A stretch of 64,000 nucleotides of DNA from a virus: the IMG/VR virus record IMGVR_UViG_3300027659_000020, positions 25,557-89,556 of that record, one strand, 5' to 3'. A program made the translations under genes and the position numbers. The notes under the pieces were generated by a model. The model did not search any database. It was given only the letters and a program-made list of their open reading frames with translations, and was not told the DNA's origin. Position 1 is the stretch's first letter. Each line of letters starts with the position of its first letter. Positions 58,815 to 64,000 of this stretch are shown here, piece by piece.

Positions 58815-60002
58815 ATGGCGCTTGATTTTCCCACAGGGCCCACACTTAACCAGGTTTATATTTCCGGCACAAAAAGCTGGGCATGGAATGGTACATACTG
58901 GAATGCGGTAAATACTGGGATTCAGGGTACTCAGGGCATTCAGGGCGCTCAAGGTCAACAAGGTATTACTGGATCGCAGGGTGCTATTGGATCTCAAGGC
59001 ATTACTGGTAACCAAGGTACCATTGGATTGCAAGGCACTCAAGGTCAACAAGGTATTACTGGATCGCAAGGTACTCAAGGCCAACAGGGCATTACTGGTA
59101 ACCAAGGTACCATTGGATCGCAAGGTACTCAAGGCCAACAAGGTATTACTGGATCGCAAGGTGCTATTGGATCTCAAGGTACCATTGGATCGCAAGGTAC
59201 TCAAGGCCAACAGGGCATTACCGGATCTCAAGGTACTTTTGGTTCTCAAGGCACTATTGGTTCTCAAGGTGCCATTGGATCGCAAGGTACTCAAGGCCAA
59301 CAAGGAACTATTGGATCTCAGGGTACTATTGGATCGCAAGGTACTCAAGGCCAACAAGGAACTATTGGATCTCAGGGTACTATTGGTTCTCAAGGCACTC
59401 TAGGCACACAAGGTACTATTGGTGCTGGAACACAAGGAACACAAGGTCAACAAGGCATTAGTGGATCATCTACATCCATTAACGTAACCGCAAATACTAC
59501 ATCTAATCCGCTATATCCTGTCATGGTTGCCGCTACTGGCAGCAACCAAACTCCATATGCAACGACGACATCTGGATATTTTCAGTTTGATGCATCTACT
59601 GGATCTCTGGGAATTCAGGGACTGGGCGTGGGCACTGCCGCATCCGGAACTTCAGGTGAAATCCGTGCAACCAATAATATCACCGCGTATTACTCAGATG
59701 AGCGTCTGAAGACACGCATTGGAAACATTGCTAGTCCCATTGATAAAGTTAAAGCGCTGAGCGGTTTCTACTTTGTGCCAAATGATACCGCTGTGGCACT
59801 GGGATATGATAAAAAAGTTGATATTGGTGTATCTGCCCAGGAGGTAGCAGCGCTATTCCCAGAAATCATTGCTCCTGCGCCAATTGACTCGCAATATATG
59901 ACTGTCCGATATGAAAAGCTTATACCTCTGCTGATCGAGGCAATTAAAGCACAACAAATAGAGATCGATGACCTTCGCAAGTCTATAAATAAACACAACT
60001 AA
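58815..60002 (+). CDS. collagen-like fibre with S74 chaperone
   Basis: MALDFP N-terminus, GxQ repeats, YYSDERLK. Confidence 0.85.
   Translation: MALDFPTGPTLNQVYISGTKSWAWNGTYWNAVNTGIQGTQGIQGAQGQQGITGSQGAIGSQGITGNQGTIGLQGTQGQQGITGSQGTQGQQGITGNQGTIGSQGTQGQQGITGSQGAIGSQGTIGSQGTQGQQGITGSQGTFGSQGTIGSQGAIGSQGTQGQQGTIGSQGTIGSQGTQGQQGTIGSQGTIGSQGTLGTQGTIGAGTQGTQGQQGISGSSTSINVTANTTSNPLYPVMVAATGSNQTPYATTTSGYFQFDASTGSLGIQGLGVGTAASGTSGEIRATNNITAYYSDERLKTRIGNIASPIDKVKALSGFYFVPNDTAVALGYDKKVDIGVSAQEVAALFPEIIAPAPIDSQYMTVRYEKLIPLLIEAIKAQQIEIDDLRKSINKHN
59984..59991 (+). promoter_or_regulatory. T4 late promoter
   Basis: TATAAATA before ATG 60009. Confidence 0.7.
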
Positions 60003-60008
60003 TACTTT

Positions 60009-61157
60009 ATGCCATTACCAGTATACCCAAACGAAATTTCATTAGGGCTAGTTAATACTGAGCTCGGTTATGCATCGTCTACCCAGTCAATCACATTGAA
60101 CGATGCAGCGGTAAGAACTTTATTTGTTAAATCGAGTGGTGCAATAGCAATGAGTGATGGGCATGGAAAGAGTGCTGTAACTGCTCCAGTTATAACCGCT
60201 AATCCGAGTGCGTTCGTGTGGACTGCTGGCGGTAAAACCATCAGTTATAGCAATGCTAACCATACTAATCTGGAATACCTCACTGCCAATAATCCGCATA
60301 TATTGGTCAGAGACTCTGATTTAAGCGCCACAGAGGGCAGCTTGTATAGTAGTCCTTTGACTATAACGTATTCTGTCAGCGGTACTAATAACGTATACCG
60401 CTGGCAGCATTCCCCCAGCTTACCGGCACCGGGCGGGTATTATTCTGATGTCAGGGGCACTGCCGAGTCTGTCAACAACGTCAGCAGTCCAGGCAGCGGG
60501 GGGTGGTACTCTGATGGATTCGACTCTCCGCAATTTTATAACGCAAGCCCTCAGGCCAACGAGATGGGGTGGTACGACAACCCGAGCAATGGAACAGGCG
60601 GCGACAGACCGGTAGTCTCGAATACTTCAACTCTATCTATTACGCAGAGAGCTTTTGCCAGCGCGGCGGCTTATTATAATTCGCCTGACTATAACGGTCA
60701 AGGTCAATTTATCTTCCCGCCGCTCCCCGACTACAACTACTACACCTCCCAATCGTCATCTGGGTGGTGGAGATTAAAGGTATCGAATTCAGCTGGAACC
60801 ATATATTCTGGTTGGACTAAAGTGGAAAAGCGGTGGGCGCGCTATACATACAGCTGCAACTGCACTACCGGCTGCACCCCTTGCAATTGCACTGGCGGTT
60901 GCGATACTTGCTACGATGAGTGCTGCGACGAGAACAACGAAAATTGCGAAGAGTGCAATCCACACGACTGCTACTGCACTACGAATTGCGACGACTGCGA
61001 CTGCACTACTGGATGTAGCCAGTGCGCGGCGTGGGCCGGCGTTGACGAAGGTGGTACCGCCGGTGTCTACCTCGTTCGTCCATCAAGGTGGGACGGACAT
61101 TTCCCATACGCGAGAGCTGGTGCGCTTCCATACGACGCCAACCCATTTAACTTTTAG
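60009..61157 (+). CDS. fibre-tip adhesin-like protein with Cys-rich domain
   Basis: ISLGLVNTELG...LNDAAVRTL...GAIAMSDGHGKS resembles gp38-type attachment N-termini; 18 Cys in 57 aa near the C-terminus. Confidence 0.65.
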   Translation: MPLPVYPNEISLGLVNTELGYASSTQSITLNDAAVRTLFVKSSGAIAMSDGHGKSAVTAPVITANPSAFVWTAGGKTISYSNANHTNLEYLTANNPHILVRDSDLSATEGSLYSSPLTITYSVSGTNNVYRWQHSPSLPAPGGYYSDVRGTAESVNNVSSPGSGGWYSDGFDSPQFYNASPQANEMGWYDNPSNGTGGDRPVVSNTSTLSITQRAFASAAAYYNSPDYNGQGQFIFPPLPDYNYYTSQSSSGWWRLKVSNSAGTIYSGWTKVEKRWARYTYSCNCTTGCTPCNCTGGCDTCYDECCDENNENCEECNPHDCYCTTNCDDCDCTTGCSQCAAWAGVDEGGTAGVYLVRPSRWDGHFPYARAGALPYDANPFNF

Positions 61158-61184
61158 TCTTAACCAGTACGTAATCGCAAATCC

Positions 61185-61565
61185 ATGACAATAGTAAATC
61201 TAACAACCTTCGATGAAACACTACGAGCAGAAATGCTCAGATTGGCCACAGAATCTCTTGATTCTGGCAGCAGTGAATTCTTATACAACTCAACACAATA
61301 CACGGCAGTCAGAACTGATGCTGGAGGTGTTGATATATATGAAGGAATCTCGTCACAATCTATCATGTGGGACTGGCCATCACGAATCGAGATAGAGTTC
61401 AGAAACAAAGTAAAAACCGGAAAAGAGTCATCTAATCCAGATGATAGGAAATTTACAATTGGCGGCCTAAATATTGAAATTAAAGAGCCAACTACAGGTA
61501 GCTTTATCATACACACTTCTATTGTACCAACGGCTACAGTTGCTGTACCAACGCCTACAGCCTAA
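61185..61565 (+). CDS. hypothetical protein
   Basis: 126-aa ORF in operon context. Confidence 0.65.
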   Translation: MTIVNLTTFDETLRAEMLRLATESLDSGSSEFLYNSTQYTAVRTDAGGVDIYEGISSQSIMWDWPSRIEIEFRNKVKTGKESSNPDDRKFTIGGLNIEIKEPTTGSFIIHTSIVPTATVAVPTPTA

Positions 61566-61630
61566 CCGCAAAACCAGTTATATATTAGTATTTAAGTTGA
61601 TCTGTTAATGAAAACCTATATTATATTATC

Positions 61631-62431
61631 ATGAGCTGTGCTATCAAAGAAAATTTAACACCCGAAAATTATCAGGAAATAAAAACTAAACTTGAGAACG
61701 AAAATCTCGAGTCTTTTCCATCGGTGTTTCAGCAAGCACGAAATCTTGCAAAACAAGCTTGGTTGAGTGGAGTGGATGTTGCAAAGGGGAAGCCATTGCT
61801 ATCCACTGCAGAAAAAGCAGCAGAAAGAATAAAGATTTGTGAGGGCTGTGAGTTCTATAAGCAAGGTCGCTGCATAAAATGCGGATGTTTTATGACTGCT
61901 AAAATTCACGTAGAAAGTTCCAGATGTCCAATAAACAAATGGGGACCAGAACTACAAGTTATGAATTCGCCAGAGCAAGTGAATGCCGCAATGACTCGGG
62001 TTGAGCAGCCAGTTCAAAATATTAAGCAAAATGAGTTGCCGCGAAAAGAAATAAACGTAACAAATCTTTCAGAACAACCTACTGAAGAAATTTGGGTAGC
62101 ATCCAGGATTAACAATATTGTGTCTGAGATGAGCAAAATGATTGATTCTCCTGAGTTGGAGGCGAGATTTCCATACAAAGGGAACACCTATATGGTAAAA
62201 AAGATTAAGCCAGTTACAATCACAGTGGATAAAACCCGCGACTCAAATTTTGAAGATCTAGTGAAAAAGCATAGCAATCCGTCGGAACCGAAAACCTTCG
62301 ATTTTGAGAATGAGCAGTATTTTGTTGATATAACTTCAAGCAAAAACGAACCGCTTGTGTTCAAAATCAACAAAGAAATAATGCAGCATGCTTTTTCCCA
62401 AGTACATACTTTCAAGCTAGATCCGGTGTGA
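61631..62431 (+). CDS. hypothetical protein with Cys cluster (DUF6171-like)
   Basis: RIKICEGC...RCIKCGCFM.AK....CPINKW. Confidence 0.7.
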   Translation: MSCAIKENLTPENYQEIKTKLENENLESFPSVFQQARNLAKQAWLSGVDVAKGKPLLSTAEKAAERIKICEGCEFYKQGRCIKCGCFMTAKIHVESSRCPINKWGPELQVMNSPEQVNAAMTRVEQPVQNIKQNELPRKEINVTNLSEQPTEEIWVASRINNIVSEMSKMIDSPELEARFPYKGNTYMVKKIKPVTITVDKTRDSNFEDLVKKHSNPSEPKTFDFENEQYFVDITSSKNEPLVFKINKEIMQHAFSQVHTFKLDPV

Positions 62432-62438
62432 AATACAC

Positions 62439-62462
62439 CGCAAACCGCGGTTTGCGCTTTTT
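62439..62462 (+). terminator. intrinsic terminator
   Basis: CGCAAACCGCGGTTTGCG palindrome followed by CTTTTT. Confidence 0.7.
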
Positions 62463-62477
62463 GCGTTAAAGTAGTAG

Positions 62478-62485
62478 TATAAATA
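62478..62485 (+). promoter_or_regulatory. T4 late promoter
   Basis: TATAAATA before gp13. Confidence 0.75.
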
Positions 62486-62492
62486 GTATACT

Positions 62493-63242
62493 ATGGCTTT
62501 ACCATCCTCTAGACAAGAACTTGTTGACTACTGCCTGCGGAAACTAGGCGCTCCAGTCATCGAGATCAACATCGATGATGACCAGATCTCAGACCGCGTA
62601 GATGATGCAGTGCAGTATTACCGCGAGTATCACTCCGATGCGGTGATTCGTACCTACGTCAAGCATCAGATTACTACTGCTAATGCCACGAATAAGTATA
62701 TCGATATTCCGGATCGCTATATATTCGTCTCTCGCATCTTTCCGATGACGAATAACTCATCGAGCTCATCGGGTATGTGGTCTGCTCGCTATCAAATGCA
62801 TCTGAATGATGTCTATGATCTGCAGTATGCTGGCGCACTGGTCAACTACGAGATGACTCGCCAGTTTCTAGAGATGCTGGATATGACTCTGAATGGCGTT
62901 CCTCCGGTGCGGTTCAACCGCCATATGAATCGGCTGTATATTGATGTGGACTTTGCCAATACAATTATCCCTGGCGACTGGATTATAATTGATGCGTCCA
63001 CCACAATTGACCCGGATCAGTATACCGATGTCTATAACGATATGTTTTTGAAGCGCTATACCACTGCTCTTATCAAGAAACAATGGGGAGCGAATCTGAT
63101 CAAGTTTGAAGGTATTCAGCTTCCTGGTGGAGTTACTATGAATGGCCGCCAGCTTTGGGATGATGCTAATGCTGAGATCGACAAGCTTGAGGATGAAATG
63201 GAAAGCAAGTGGGAAAAACCGATCGACTTCTTTGTGGGATAA
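62493..63242 (+). CDS. gp13: neck protein gp13
   Basis: YCLRKLGAPVIEINIDDDQ, QWGANLIKFEGIQLPGGVTMNG. Confidence 0.95.
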   Translation: MALPSSRQELVDYCLRKLGAPVIEINIDDDQISDRVDDAVQYYREYHSDAVIRTYVKHQITTANATNKYIDIPDRYIFVSRIFPMTNNSSSSSGMWSARYQMHLNDVYDLQYAGALVNYEMTRQFLEMLDMTLNGVPPVRFNRHMNRLYIDVDFANTIIPGDWIIIDASTTIDPDQYTDVYNDMFLKRYTTALIKKQWGANLIKFEGIQLPGGVTMNGRQLWDDANAEIDKLEDEMESKWEKPIDFFVG

Positions 63243-63245
63243 TCT

Positions 63246-63836
63246 ATGAAAGAAGCATTCGTATATTCCTGGAGAAATAAAGACACTAATCGTCTTTACA
63301 TTGGATGGCACAAAGGCTCTCCAGATGATGGGTACGTCTGCTCAAGCAAAGTTCTGATGGAGGAGTATAAGAAAGATTGCAGCAAGTTTGAACGATTTAT
63401 CATTGCCGAAGGAACTGCTGAATATATGTCAGCACTTGAAGCTCAAATACTGAAAACAGTCAACGCCAAAGACAATCCAGAGTACTACAATCAGCATAAC
63501 GGGAATGGGCTGTATCATCTCAAACAACACACTGCTGAGGCCCGGGGGAAGATATCAAAGTCTAAGATCGGTAAGAAACGACCCGATTTGACGAAAAGAA
63601 ATTTAACAAACAACCCGGCACATAATCCAAATATCTCCAAAAAGATGGGAAGATGTATGAGGGGAGAGGCAAATCCTAGATTCGGCATTCAAGCTTCAGA
63701 GGAAACCAAGAAAAAAATATCTAAGTCTCTTTCGGGCAAATATGTTGGCATACAGCGTTCTGAGGAAACTAAAAGAAAAATATCCGAGGCCAAAAAATTT
63801 TATTGGGCAAACAGAAAATTAAAGCATAATGCCTAG
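63246..63836 (+). mobile_element. free-standing GIY-YIG homing endonuclease (Seg-like) with NUMOD3-type repeats
   Basis: FVYSW...LYIGWHKG..DDGYVCSS, YYNQ, HTAEARGKIS, SEETKKKIS, SEETKRKIS. Confidence 0.88.
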
Positions 63837-64000
63837 GAACGTTTATTTTTCTCAGAATGTTAGGTCCGAGCAGATTCTGTATGAAGATCTGATTGTTGAA
63901 TCACTTCGCATATACGGACAAGAAGTCATGTATCTTCCGCGGCATATGATTTCGCGAGACATGATTCTCAATGAAGCTATTGAGTCTAAGTTTGATGACG
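63829..64000 (+). CDS. gp14: neck protein gp14, 3'-truncated
   Basis: MPRNVYFSQNVRSEQILYEDLIVESLRIYGQEVMYLPR; follows gp13. Confidence 0.9.
   Translation, partial: MPRNVYFSQNVRSEQILYEDLIVESLRIYGQEVMYLPRHMISRDMILNEAIESKFDD

Noticed and set aside
46204-59403. Many long alternative-frame and antisense ORFs (LSTLDTLL, KVLKELK, LEYLGFL repeats)
   Set aside because: Shadows of the stop-poor G-X-Q codon repeats; no independent coding signal.
60370-61157. Diversity-generating retroelement target in the adhesin
   Set aside because: No template repeat or reverse transcriptase seen in the window.

Overview
The window is a 64 kb segment of a T4-like myophage genome in the standard genetic code; no host chromosomal genes, rRNA, tRNA or CRISPR were seen. 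In order it carries: (1) a 5'-truncated ATP-dependent DNA ligase and small hypothetical genes; (2) a late-promoter-driven envelope locus (3.7-12 kb) with a lipoprotein/coiled-coil/TM protein on the minus strand and, on the plus strand, two paralogous membrane proteins, CsgF, CsgG, a curlin-like secreted protein, a FecR-domain protein and a CHASE2 class III adenylate cyclase; (3) an early region with a signal-peptide lysozyme-like enzyme; (4) gp33-gp59-gp32; (5) T4 baseplate/tail genes (gp29-like, gp51, gp26, gp54-like, gp2, gp4, gp48, gp53, gp27-like, gp5, gp25, gp6, gp7, gp8 and a split VrlC-like protein); (6) a four-gene glycosyltransferase/methyltransferase cassette among six nearly proline-free collagen-like fibre genes (one of 2654 aa) and a Cys-rich adhesin-like gene; (7) gp13, a GIY-YIG homing endonuclease and the start of gp14. 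The best candidates for novelty are the phage-encoded curli-secretion plus FecR/CHASE2-cAMP trans-envelope signalling cassette, a probable programmed -1 frameshift fusing gp26 to gp51, and a putative glycosylated giant collagen fibre system. All family assignments come from motif recognition by eye, with no database searches.
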